Source: Nitrospirota bacterium (lineage in GTDB: Bacteria > Nitrospirota > Thermodesulfovibrionia > Thermodesulfovibrionales > BMS3Bbin05). From it: a DNA stretch of 64,000 nucleotides. Below, one piece after another: positions 46,734-56,845 of the stretch. Position 1 is the first letter of the stretch; each line of letters starts with the position of its first letter. Made by a program: the position numbers and the translations under genes. The stretch covers positions 1,872,673-1,936,672 of the forward strand of contig CP070669.1 in the NCBI GenBank assembly GCA_020351835.1. The letters run 5' to 3'. The notes beneath the pieces are model-generated. The model was given only the letters and a program-made list of their open reading frames with translations, had not been told where the DNA came from and made no database searches.

Positions 46734-47399
46734 ATGATAGAGGTAAAGAACATATCAAAAACATATAAGGCCGGCAGCGAGCTTATCAAGGCGGTTGACG
46801 GTGTAGACCTGAAAATAGACCAGGGTGAGTTCACATCTATCGTCGGACATTCAGGAAGCGGAAAGACAACATTGCTCAGCCTTATCGGAGGTCTTACTAA
46901 GCCAGATTCAGGGACAGTGGTAATAGATGGTACAGACCTCTGGTCTATCAGTGATGATGACCTTTCAGAGTTCAGGAACCTGAAGATAAATTTCATTTAT
47001 CAGTTCGCAAGTCTTATCCCGACGCTGAACGTGCTTGAGAACGTGATGCTGCCCACAGCATTCAGTAAATCGGACGAGCCATTTGAAGATTATGCGCGCG
47101 AGCTCATTGAGATGGTCAAGCTTACCGATAAGGTCAATTCTTTCCCGTCGCAACTGAGCGGTGGGCAACAACGAAGGGTAGCTATAGCCCGGGCTTTTAT
47201 AAACAGGCCTGAGATAATCCTTGCAGATGAACCTACAGGTGACCTTGACGAAGAGACCGAATCGGAGATACTCGGATTATTCCACAATATGAACGAAAAC
47301 CAGAAGATAACATTTCTAATAGTTACGCACAGTACCGATATTGCGAGGGGTTGCAATAAGCGTTACAGAATGAGCCAGGGTGTACTTAAAAGTGAGTGA
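46734..47399 (+). CDS. ABC transporter ATP-binding protein (LolD/MacB-type)
   Basis: 221 aa. Walker A GHSGSGKTT, signature LSGGQQRRVAIARA, Walker B ILADEPTGDLD. Confidence 0.95.
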   Translation: MIEVKNISKTYKAGSELIKAVDGVDLKIDQGEFTSIVGHSGSGKTTLLSLIGGLTKPDSGTVVIDGTDLWSISDDDLSEFRNLKINFIYQFASLIPTLNVLENVMLPTAFSKSDEPFEDYARELIEMVKLTDKVNSFPSQLSGGQQRRVAIARAFINRPEIILADEPTGDLDEETESEILGLFHNMNENQKITFLIVTHSTDIARGCNKRYRMSQGVLKSE

Positions 47400-47457
47400 G
47401 GGGACTTCGGTCAAAGACCTTCATTATTGACCCACATAATACTTTAAAAAGGACAGA

Positions 47458-49164
47458 ATGAGAATAGCTTTAGGATTGATCATATCCGGCATTCTGATGT
47501 TGATGATACCTCACTTTGCCCTTCCTCTCGATTTCGTTAGAGGCGCATCCGGGGCTATGCTAACATCAGAATGCAGTATCTGGTATCACCCGGAGATATA
47601 TTTAGGGGCTCTTACTATTTTTGCCGGGGCTCTCTCACTTAGATATCGAAAAGCCCTTTTTATCTCCTCCGTTATGGGTCTGTTCGGAGTCGTACAGACC
47701 GTCTTAATGCGACCGGTAAGCTATTATCTCATATCCGAAGAACCCCTTATAATACTTGCACAGACCGTATCCATCCGGGCTCATGTATATGTCCGGCTGA
47801 CCATAGGTTTCCTTTCTGCCATCGTTCTGCTTATGTCTTTGCTTCCACTCCTGCATAAGAAAGCAGTTGTTGCAACAAAGGTGACCATTACTCACTTGTC
47901 GTCTTCAAACATAAAAAGAAAACGTTTCAGGTCTCTGGCGCTTGTAATAAGTCTGACTATCGTTATAGGGGCCTTCTTCTCTGATATCCTGCTTACTCGC
48001 AGCATAGAGAACACTCTCGAACTGGGTGCAGGCAGGCTTGGAGCGGACCTGATGGTAGTACCTAAGGGAGAGGTAAAGTCTGCCCAGGCAGTTCTTATAA
48101 GCGGAGGTCCGACAATGTTCTATATGGACAGAAGCATTGTTGATGGTCTTTCGAAACTTGAAGAGATCGACCAGCTGTCAGCACAACTATATGTCCAGCC
48201 ATTCTCTTATAAGACTTGCTGCATAGTTGAGAGCATTCTTATCATCGCCTATGATCCCGAGACAGATTTCACCGTAGCGCCCTGGATAAGATACTCACTG
48301 AGACAGGACCAGGGAGAGTATGACCTTGTCGTAGGCAAGCTTGTAAAGTACTATCCCGGTCAAAGCATAGATCTTTTCGCTAATACGCTTAAAGTTGTTT
48401 CGACCCTAGAGCCCACAGGATTAGGATACTTCGATAACTCTGCTTTTATACCGATCACCGGCGCGAGTAAGCTATTGAGCAAGCTCAAGGAACTGGACAA
48501 AGCTGACAAGATCCGTTCAAGGAAGCCGGTAGAAGATGAATCCTTCTCTCACCTGTTCCCGGATGAAGATGCAAAAGCGGTTCCCATAAGTGAGATCGAC
48601 CCGAATGGCATATCCGCAATATTTGTTAAAACAAAAGATGATGTGCAGATAAAAGAGTTGACAAAAAAGATTGAAAAGAACTATCCGGCCGTCTCAGTGA
48701 TCAATGTCAAGGAATCTACTCTTACCGTGAAAAGACAGCTCACATCGATACTTAACGCATTCATTCTTCCGATACTGATAATACTCGTAATGGGTATTCT
48801 ATCGCTAGGTGTGATTTTCAGCATGAGCGTAAATGAAAGAATAAGGGAGATCGGTCTGTTACGGGCGATGGGCGCAAAGAGGTCCGATATATTCAGGATG
48901 ATAATTCTTGAGGCACTCACACTCTCGGGGATCGGTGGGATCTTCGGGATCCTCTTCGGAAGCAGCCTCATATTCCTGTTCAAGAACAAGATAATGTCAG
49001 CTCTTGAGCTTCTCTATATATGGCCTTCTCCGCGTGTGATCGCAACTGTGTTCCTGCTCACAATATCGGTTTCCCTTATGACAGGTCTTGTTGCCGGAAT
49101 ATATCCGGCACTGAGGGCAAGCAAGATGGAGCCCTACTTCGCTGTAAGATCAGGGGAAAAGTAG
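47458..49164 (+). CDS. Type VII ABC permease (FtsX family) with an extra ~140-aa four-TM N-terminal domain
   Basis: 568 aa. Residues about 145-568 parallel the first permease (NIKRKRFRSLALVISL..., GADLMVVP, ERIREIGLLRAMGAKRSDIFRMI). Residues 1 to about 140 form an additional hydrophobic module. Confidence 0.8.
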   Translation: MRIALGLIISGILMLMIPHFALPLDFVRGASGAMLTSECSIWYHPEIYLGALTIFAGALSLRYRKALFISSVMGLFGVVQTVLMRPVSYYLISEEPLIILAQTVSIRAHVYVRLTIGFLSAIVLLMSLLPLLHKKAVVATKVTITHLSSSNIKRKRFRSLALVISLTIVIGAFFSDILLTRSIENTLELGAGRLGADLMVVPKGEVKSAQAVLISGGPTMFYMDRSIVDGLSKLEEIDQLSAQLYVQPFSYKTCCIVESILIIAYDPETDFTVAPWIRYSLRQDQGEYDLVVGKLVKYYPGQSIDLFANTLKVVSTLEPTGLGYFDNSAFIPITGASKLLSKLKELDKADKIRSRKPVEDESFSHLFPDEDAKAVPISEIDPNGISAIFVKTKDDVQIKELTKKIEKNYPAVSVINVKESTLTVKRQLTSILNAFILPILIILVMGILSLGVIFSMSVNERIREIGLLRAMGAKRSDIFRMIILEALTLSGIGGIFGILFGSSLIFLFKNKIMSALELLYIWPSPRVIATVFLLTISVSLMTGLVAGIYPALRASKMEPYFAVRSGEK

Positions 49165-49166
49165 AC

Positions 49167-49718
49167 CTACTTGTATGATATTTCTACCTTACCTATATTT
49201 ACCCCGTCCCTGTTCAGGATATCGTTGAGCTCGATGTTGGTCTCAGCCATTACTGTTACTCTTTTCATGGTGTCCTGAACACTCTGGGGCCCTTCAAACT
49301 TTTCCTTAAGCATTGATGATACATTCCTGGCTATCTCTTGCCTTATCTTAAGATGAGTATCAGCATAGCCGAACTTCTTCACTGCGTTTTCAATGTCCCC
49401 GATATCATACATCAGCTGACTTTCCAGGGTAACAAATCCATGTTTCTCTGACCCTATCTTTATACCTTCATCATCAAGCAATGAAAGGATCTTTGGCGAT
49501 ATTGAAACTCTGAAGAACTCGTGTAGTACCGGAAGTACCTTGACCGTCTGACCGGGCGGAACCAGTCTGTATTTCCCTCCGGTTGATACGATTATCCCAT
49601 ACTCATCTCCTGCGACCATCTCTTTATCGACTAAGAGCAGTCCGGCAACAATGATAAGTACGAGAAATGATACTGCAACTAGCAACTTGATGTTAAGCGC
49701 ACCTTCGTCTGTAAGCAT
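49167..49718 (-). CDS. Membrane-anchored SPFH/Band-7-like protein (short)
   Basis: 183 aa. N-terminal TM helix, then GIIVSTGGKYRLVPPGQTVKVLPVLHEFFRVSISP resembling the start of SPFH domains. Low-information call. Confidence 0.45.
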   Translation of the reverse strand: MLTDEGALNIKLLVAVSFLVLIIVAGLLLVDKEMVAGDEYGIIVSTGGKYRLVPPGQTVKVLPVLHEFFRVSISPKILSLLDDEGIKIGSEKHGFVTLESQLMYDIGDIENAVKKFGYADTHLKIRQEIARNVSSMLKEKFEGPQSVQDTMKRVTVMAETNIELNDILNRDGVNIGKVEISYK

Positions 49719-49803
49719 TTACGTCCTCCGCAAAATATATTTTATATACTACTTACTTTAACAAAACCAAACCATTAAACTCGAGTCATAATGAACATGT
49801 AAC

Positions 49804-49833
49804 TAAAAAAAATGGAGCTCTTATGAGCCCCAT
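49804..49833 (-). terminator. Rho-independent terminator after fhs
   Basis: Minus-strand RNA AUGGGGCUC-AUAA-GAGCUCCAU (one G-U pair) followed by UUUUUUUU. Confidence 0.75.
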
Positions 49834-49868
49834 TTTTTCTTTTAATACTTATGGTTAAGGGTTATTTC

Positions 49869-51632
49869 TTAAAATAAGCCTTTAACTCTGCCGGTCTCCG
49901 TATCCACATCTACGCGCCTGTATGCAGGATCTGAGCTTGTCCCCGGCATGAGCTTGATCGCTCCTGCAACCGGTACAACGAATCCCGCGCCCTTGTACGT
50001 AAGGATATCACTTACAAGAAGCTTCCAGCCTGTAGGAACACCCTTCAGATTAGGATTGTCCGAAAGGCTGAGGTGCGTCTTGACCATGCAAGTACCAAGC
50101 TGCTTGATGTCAGGGTCGGCCTCCATCCTCTTTGCTTTTGCCATTGCCTCAGGAGTATACTCAACCCCATCCGCCCCGTATACCTGCTCTGCAATCATCT
50201 CGATACGTGACCTGAGCGGGGTCTCAAGTTCATATAGCAGCTTGAAATCATTAGGCTCATTACATGCATCTATGACCGCATCGGCAAGCTCGACCGCGCC
50301 CTCACCACCGAACTGCCAGTGCTTAGAGACCGCTACACGTGCGCCTGCTTCCTCGGCGATCCTTTTGACCGCATTTATCTCATTGTCCGTATCCGTATAA
50401 AATGCATTGACACAAACAACCGGATTTATACCTGCCTTCTTTACAGTGTTGATATGATGCACGAGGTTCTTGCAGCCTTCCTCGACCCACCCAACGTTCT
50501 CTGACTTGTATTCTTCAGGCATAGGCTTACCTGGAACCGGTATCGGTGCACCACCGTGACACTTGAGCGCCCTGATAGTAGCAACGAGCACGGCAGCGTT
50601 AGGCTTCAGCCCTGAGAAACGACACTTGAGGTTCCAGAACTTCTCGAACCCTATATCAGCACCAAAACCAGACTCTGTAAGGTGGTAGTCACCAAGTTTC
50701 AACCCTACTCTGTCAGCTATTATGGATGACTGCCCGATAGCGATATTAGCAAAAGGTCCGGCATGTACAAGTACCGGCTGCCCTTCTATGGTCTGCATGA
50801 GGTTCGGGTTAAGGGCTTCCACCATCCATGCTGTCATGGCACCAGCAACTTCCAGGTCCTCTGTAGTGACAGGATTTCCCTGTTTATCGTATGCCACAAC
50901 GATCTTCCCCATCCTTTCACGCATATCCTTAAGGTCCGTAGCTACAGAAAGTATCGCCATGATCTCCGATGAAACAGCAATTGCGAACCCTGATTTCATC
51001 ATGAAGCCGTCCATCTTGCCGCCCTGACCTATCGTAATGTCCCTAAGGGCCTGCGCACAGAAATCTATGATCCACTTCATCTCTACGTTACGAGGGTCTA
51101 TATCGAGCCTCTTGAGGTTCCTCTTTGCAAGCTGTTCGTCGTTATAGTTGAACTCATGCTGCATGCGTGAAGTAAGTGCCACCATTGCCAGGTTATGAGA
51201 GTTCATTATAGCGTTAAGGTCTCCTGTAAGGCCGAGTGAGAACGGGGTCAGCGGTATGCACTGGCTGAGGCCTCCGCCTGCTGCGGATCCCTTGATGTTC
51301 ATGGTCGGTCCGCCCGAAGGCTGTCTTATTGCCGCAATAACGTTCTTATCCCTTTTACCCAGACCCTGTGTAAGACCCATTGTTGTCGTTGACTTACCCT
51401 CACCCAGGGGTGTAGGAGTAATTGCAGTTACATCGACATACTTGCAGTCAGGCCTGTCCTTAAGCCTGTCAAGTATCATGTTAAAATCAAGCTTTGCCAC
51501 ATAATGGCCATGGGGCAAAAGCTCTTCCTTCTTAAGGCCAAGCTGCTCACTGAGCTCGTAGACCGTCTTCATGTTCTTTTCTGCCGCTTCCGCTACTTCC
51601 CAGTCGGCATGTTTGGTTGGATCGATAGGCAT
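49869..51632 (-). CDS. fhs: Formate--tetrahydrofolate ligase
   Basis: 587 aa. [17 protein letters not shown]-loop and overall FTHFS sequence pattern. Confidence 0.95.
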   Translation of the reverse strand: MPIDPTKHADWEVAEAAEKNMKTVYELSEQLGLKKEELLPHGHYVAKLDFNMILDRLKDRPDCKYVDVTAITPTPLGEGKSTTTMGLTQGLGKRDKNVIAAIRQPSGGPTMNIKGSAAGGGLSQCIPLTPFSLGLTGDLNAIMNSHNLAMVALTSRMQHEFNYNDEQLAKRNLKRLDIDPRNVEMKWIIDFCAQALRDITIGQGGKMDGFMMKSGFAIAVSSEIMAILSVATDLKDMRERMGKIVVAYDKQGNPVTTEDLEVAGAMTAWMVEALNPNLMQTIEGQPVLVHAGPFANIAIGQSSIIADRVGLKLGDYHLTESGFGADIGFEKFWNLKCRFSGLKPNAAVLVATIRALKCHGGAPIPVPGKPMPEEYKSENVGWVEEGCKNLVHHINTVKKAGINPVVCVNAFYTDTDNEINAVKRIAEEAGARVAVSKHWQFGGEGAVELADAVIDACNEPNDFKLLYELETPLRSRIEMIAEQVYGADGVEYTPEAMAKAKRMEADPDIKQLGTCMVKTHLSLSDNPNLKGVPTGWKLLVSDILTYKGAGFVVPVAGAIKLMPGTSSDPAYRRVDVDTETGRVKGLF

Positions 51633-51763
51633 AATTGTTTCCTCCTTTTACTTATTCCCATTAAATGGTTAAATCTATCTTGATCCTGTTCTAAAGCCGG
51701 AATATATTACGAAGAATATATACTATACTTTGTGCGACCAAATAAATCAATAAAAAGGGTCTA

Positions 51764-54442
51764 TCAACCTTTTTCTACTTTAACGGCACAGACCTTGAAC
51801 TCGGGTATCTTACAAATCGGGTCCGTAGCGGTATTAGTCAGAACATTGGCAGCTGCTTCCTTGAAGTGAAAAGGAATAAAGACCACTCCCCTTCCGGGCC
51901 TGTCACTGATCCTGGCCTTCAGCTTTATAGTCCCCCTTCTTGAACTTACATTTACGAGTGATCCGTTTTCAACGGAAAGCTCAGACGCGTCCTCCGGCCT
52001 TATCTCTACATAGGCCTCGGGCGATATCTCATCAAGTGGCTTTACGCGGCGTGTCATGGTCCCGGTATGGTAGTGAAATAGCTCTCTTCCCGTAGTAAGT
52101 GCAAACGGGTACTCTTTATCAGTTATTTCTGCCGGCTCCCTGTAGGATACTGCCGTAAAACGCCCTTTCCCTCTCGGGAACCCGCCCGCGAACAGGAACG
52201 GTGTCCCGGGATGGTCCTTTGACGGACATGGCCACTGGACTCCCATTCCCGACTCTACCCTCGAGTAGCTGATCCCCGCAAAAGCGGGCCATACGGTGCC
52301 TATCTCATTAAATACATCTTCTGATCCATCATATTTCATCTCATATCCCATGAGACCGCTGATCTGTTTTATTATCCATGCATCATCTCTTGCCTCACCT
52401 GCCGGTGTTACGGCCTTTCTTACACGCTGGACCCTTCTATCAGTGTTAGTGAAAGTGCCATCCTTGGATGCGAACGTGGTTGCCGGGAGCACTACATCTG
52501 CGAGCTCAGCTGTTTCAGTAAGAAATATATCCTGCACCACAAGAAGATCGAGCTTTCCGAGTGCCTTCTTTGTATGTTCGATATCAGGGTCGCTCATTGC
52601 GGGATTCTCGCCCATTATATAAACTGCCTTGAGATCGCCCTTCATAGCGGAGTCTATCATCTCTGTAGCGGTCATGCCTATATTTTCTGAGAGCCTTGCT
52701 TCCCATGCCTTTTCGAACTTTTCATGGTTCTCTTTAATATCAACTTTCTGGTATCCGGGATAGTTGTTCGGGATACATCCCATATCGGTCGAACCCTGGA
52801 CATTGTTCTGCCCCCTTAACGGATTTACCCCGGCACTTGCTTTACCTAGGTTACCGGTCATCATTGCCAGGTTCGCTATAGAGAAAACGTTCTCGGTACC
52901 ATGAGAATGCTGGGTGATACCCATCGTATAGAATATCCCGGCATTCGGCGAACCAGCATATATCCTGGCTGCCTCCACTATCTTTTCTGCCGGAACACCT
53001 GTTATCTCTTCTCCTTTTTCAGGTGTATAATCTTCAATGGCCTTTACAACCTCTTCAAAATCCTCCGTATGCTCCTTTATGAACTCCTTATCTATAAGAT
53101 CCTCTTTTACTATCACGTGCATTATGGAGTTAAGGAGTGCAACGTCAGTTCCTGGCCTTTGCTGCAACCAGAGATGCGCGAACTTCACCATGGGGACCTT
53201 CCTGGGGTCCGCAACTATCATTTTGGCCCCTTTCTGTATTGCCTTTATCATCCGGAGGGCTACTATAGGATGGTTCTCCTTGGTGTTGGACCCTATTACA
53301 AAGAGCACGTCATTATCCTCTATCTCCGGCATCGAGTTCGACATGGCTCCTGAGCCGAATACTGTGGCCAGACCGGCCACCGTAGCGCTGTGTCACAACC
53401 TGGCACAGTGATCAACATTATTTGTGCCTATTCCGGCCCTTATGAACTTTTGGAACAGGTAGTTCTCCTCATTGGTACACCTTGCGGATGACAGACCACC
53501 TATAGCATCAGGGCCGTACTTTTCTTTGATAGAACCAAGCTTTTCGGACACAAACTTCAGCGCCTCATCCCATGTTACCTCTTCAAGCTTTCCGTTCTTT
53601 CTTATAAGAGGGCTTTTAAGCAGGTCCGGGCTCTTTATGAACTCATATCCGAACCTTCCCTTAGGGCAAAGCCAGCCTTCATTGATCGTATCAGGTTCAG
53701 ATGATACTCTTATTACCTCATTTCTGCTTACATGTAATGTGAGATTGCAGCCGCAGCCGCAGTACGGGCAAACAGTCTTGATCTTCTTTACATCCTTTTC
53801 ACGGCCTTTGCCCGACCACTGTTTGCCGCTCAATGCTCCGGTCGGGCACAAAGAAACACACTGCCCGCAGAACTCACAGTTGAGATCCCTTTCGTATGGC
53901 GGACAGACCTTGGCACCGAAACCTCTATAAGATATTTCAATGGCACCTACCCCTTGCACCTCACGGCATACCCTTACACACTTACCACAGAGGACACATT
54001 TCTCCATATCCCTCTTTATAAAAGGGTTCAGGTCATCATCCTCATAACGCCTTCTTTCACCCCAGAACCTGTTGTCCCTGAGGCCATAGAAATAGGCAAG
54101 CTCCTGCAGAGTGCAGTCTCCTGCCCTGTCACATGTCATACAGTCGTTAGGATGATCGCTTAACAGGAGCTCAACTATAGTTCTCCTCAACCTTTCTATA
54201 TGGTCATTTGATGTCTCTACCACCATACCATCTGTCACTGGTGTGGTACATGCGGTCACAGGGCGCGGTATACCCTCGATGCTTACAAGGCAAAGCCTGC
54301 ATCCCCCGTAAGGTTTCAGCCTGTCGTCATCGCACAGTGTCGGTATATGGAATCCGCTTCGGCGTGCGGCCTGAAGGACAGTTAGACCACCATCCACATT
54401 TACTTTCTCACCATCAATAGTAATATTTATCCTGTCTGCCAT
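51764..54442 (-). CDS. fdhA: Selenocysteine-containing formate dehydrogenase alpha subunit (FdsA/NuoG-fusion type); TGA 53395..53393 decoded as Sec
   Basis: ORFs 53393..54442 and 51764..53380 are in one frame, joined as ...[29 protein letters not shown].... N-terminal [2Fe-2S] (CRLC...C), HPNDCMTCDRAGDC, two ferredoxin motifs, CPYCGCGC, then a Mo/W-bisPGD domain. 892 codons in total. Confidence 0.85.
53361..53395 (-). promoter_or_regulatory. UGA plus SECIS-like hairpin
   Basis: mRNA reads UGA CAC AGC GCU ACG then GUGGCC-GGUCU-GGCCAC (53380..53364). The 6-bp stem is perfect and is extendable with a bulge (ACG...AGU). The GGUC-containing apical loop resembles E. coli fdhF SECIS. Confidence 0.7.
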
Positions 54443-54449
54443 CTATATA

Positions 54450-56225
54450 TCACTCCTTGTGTACAGCCTTGAACTTACAAGTGTCAAAACATGCACCGCA
54501 CTTGACACAAAGCCCCTGGTCTATTACATGAGGTTTCTTCTTTTCACCGCTTATCGCGTCAGAAGGACATGCCTTTGCGCATAACGTGCATCCTTTACAC
54601 GCATCTTCAAGTATCGTATAGGTAAGCATCGCCTTGCATACGGCTGCGGGGCACCTTTTCTCATTTATATGAGCTTCATACTCATCCCTGAAATACTTGA
54701 TAGTGCTTAGGATAGGATTAGGTGCAGTCTGCCCAAGGCCGCAAAGTGATGAATCCTTGATATCCTGACCGAGTGTCAACAGAAGCTCAATATCCCCGCT
54801 CTTTCCCTTACCTTCAGTTACCCTGTCAAGGATCTCAAGTAATCTCTTTGTCCCTACCCTGCATGGGGTACACTTACCGCATGATTCTCTCTGGGTGAAC
54901 TCAAGGAAGAACTTTGCAATATTCACCATACAATCGGTATCGTCGAGAACCACCATCCCGCCTGACCCGACTATGGAACCTACTTTTGCAAGGGACTCGA
55001 AATCAACATTGATATCGATCATATCCTTAGGGATACAGCCGCCTGAAGGGCCTCCGGTCTGTACAGCCTTGAACTCTCCCCTTTCCATCCCTCCGCCGAT
55101 ATCATAGATGATCTCCTTTAGGCTCATACCCATAGGAACCTCTATAAGGCCTGTATTACGTATCTTTCCGGTTAAAGCGAACACCTTAGTACCTTTGCTC
55201 TTTTCCGTACCGAACGAAGAGAACCAGTCCGGCCCTTTGGTAACAATGTACGGAACATTGGAGAATGTCTCAACATTATTAATAACAGTGGGTTTCCCCC
55301 AGAGTCCCTGCTGAGCCGGGAACGGGGGTTTGGCCCTTGGCATTCCTCTCTGACCCTCAATAGATGCTATTAAGGCGGTCTCCTCACCGCAGACGAATGC
55401 CCCTGCCCCGAGCTTTACCTTGATATTGAAACTGAATCCGGAACCAAGGATATTTTCTCCGAGATACCCGGCTTCTTTAGCCTGTTCAAGTGCTATCCTG
55501 AGCCTCTTAACAGCAAGAGGATATTCAGCCCTTATATAAACGTATCCCTTATCTGCTCCGATACAATAAGCACCTATCGTCATCCCCTCGATGACAGAAT
55601 GAGGGTTCCCTTCGATTATCGACCTGTCCATAAAAGCACCCGGATCACCTTCATCGGCATTGCAGATGATGTACTTCTGGTCAGATTCCGGTTTCCTGGC
55701 AAACTCCCACTTAAGCCCGGTTGGGAAACCTGCCCCGCCCCGGCCGCGAAGCCCTGATGACTTGATCATTTCGATCACATCCTCAGGCGTTTTACTTCCG
55801 ATAACGCTTTCTACGGCCTTATATCCACCTCGGGACTTATAGGAGTTAATGTCCTCAGGGTCAACCTCTCCGCAATCAGAGAGCACTACCTTGACCTGCT
55901 TCTCATGAAAGTTATGATAATCATCAGTGACCACCCAGTCCTCTACGGGATTCCCACTGACTATATGCTCTTCTACTATCCTCTGGACCATATCGGGTTT
56001 AATATACTGGTAAGTGGTCCTCTCTCCATCCAGTATCACATCTACAAGCACGTCTCTTGCGCAAAAACCCCTGCATCCCACGTTATGACGTGAACAGTTC
56101 TCACGGACAGAAGCACCTACACCCGTTGAAGAAAGTTCTTCTTCGAACCTCTCCAAAACCGCTGAAGCACCCGCCGCAATACCCCCTGTTCCCATGCATA
56201 TCCTAATATCTACCGCCTTAGGCAT
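54450..56225 (-). CDS. NuoF-like NAD(H)-binding FMN/[4Fe-4S] flavoprotein subunit with N-terminal thioredoxin-like and C-terminal 2x[4Fe-4S] extensions
   Basis: 591 aa. GRGGAGFPTGLKW (FMN/NADH site), ESCGKCTPCR (N3 cluster), and C-terminal CKGCTLCAKACP...CVKCGACFDTC. Confidence 0.9.
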   Translation of the reverse strand: MPKAVDIRICMGTGGIAAGASAVLERFEEELSSTGVGASVRENCSRHNVGCRGFCARDVLVDVILDGERTTYQYIKPDMVQRIVEEHIVSGNPVEDWVVTDDYHNFHEKQVKVVLSDCGEVDPEDINSYKSRGGYKAVESVIGSKTPEDVIEMIKSSGLRGRGGAGFPTGLKWEFARKPESDQKYIICNADEGDPGAFMDRSIIEGNPHSVIEGMTIGAYCIGADKGYVYIRAEYPLAVKRLRIALEQAKEAGYLGENILGSGFSFNIKVKLGAGAFVCGEETALIASIEGQRGMPRAKPPFPAQQGLWGKPTVINNVETFSNVPYIVTKGPDWFSSFGTEKSKGTKVFALTGKIRNTGLIEVPMGMSLKEIIYDIGGGMERGEFKAVQTGGPSGGCIPKDMIDINVDFESLAKVGSIVGSGGMVVLDDTDCMVNIAKFFLEFTQRESCGKCTPCRVGTKRLLEILDRVTEGKGKSGDIELLLTLGQDIKDSSLCGLGQTAPNPILSTIKYFRDEYEAHINEKRCPAAVCKAMLTYTILEDACKGCTLCAKACPSDAISGEKKKPHVIDQGLCVKCGACFDTCKFKAVHKE

Positions 56226-56685
56226 CTGTTTCCTTCTTTAAATTATTTATCTCTTTTAACAGCTGGGTCGCAGAGACCTTGCCGTGCACTTCCTTGTTCA
56301 CGATAACAACAGGCGCGATGCTGCAAGCACCAACACAGGCTACATCCTCGACAGTGAAAAGACCATCCTGTGTTGTATCCTCTCCATCTGTCAGCTCAAG
56401 CTCACGCCGGATCCTGCTGATTACTCTCTCGGCACCTTTTACATGGCATGCCGTTCCGCAACATGCGGTTATGATGTTCTTGCCCCGGGGTTTAAGATAG
56501 AACTGGGCATAAAATGTAGCAACCCCATAGAAACTGCTCTGAGGTATCCCGGTCCTGTCAGAGACATAGGATACAGAATCCTCGGGTATATAGCCAAACT
56601 CCTCCTGTATATCCTGCAACAGTGATATCACACTGCCTTCCTCCAGGCGATACTTCTCAATTACTCTGTCCAAAGCCTCTTGCAT
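56218..56685 (-). CDS. NuoE-like [2Fe-2S] subunit
   Basis: 155 aa. CCGTACHVKG...CVGACSIAP is the NuoE/HydC/FdsG cluster motif. 8-nt overlap with the NuoF-like gene. Confidence 0.9.
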   Translation of the reverse strand: MQEALDRVIEKYRLEEGSVISLLQDIQEEFGYIPEDSVSYVSDRTGIPQSSFYGVATFYAQFYLKPRGKNIITACCGTACHVKGAERVISRIRRELELTDGEDTTQDGLFTVEDVACVGACSIAPVVIVNKEVHGKVSATQLLKEINNLKKETDA

Positions 56686-56845
56686 ATTTATTCCTTTTGT
56701 GCTGATGAACTAAAGAAGGATAGGTTACAAATCAATACAATATCACACACCCTAAATTTCTTTCAATGCAGAAGAATAACATATAAATTTTTCTTATATT
56801 TTGTAATTGGCTAACTTGTCGCGTATTCTTCCTGCCCTGCTCAGC

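Noticed and set aside
51633-51763. Possible ZTP (pfl) riboswitch upstream of fhs, a common location for it
   Set aside because: I read the minus-strand leader and found neither the GGGUCGUGACUGGCG-like 5' sub-domain nor the CCGCCUGGGCA 3' element. No comparable structure is evident. I likewise saw no Moco-riboswitch-like element in 56686..56845.
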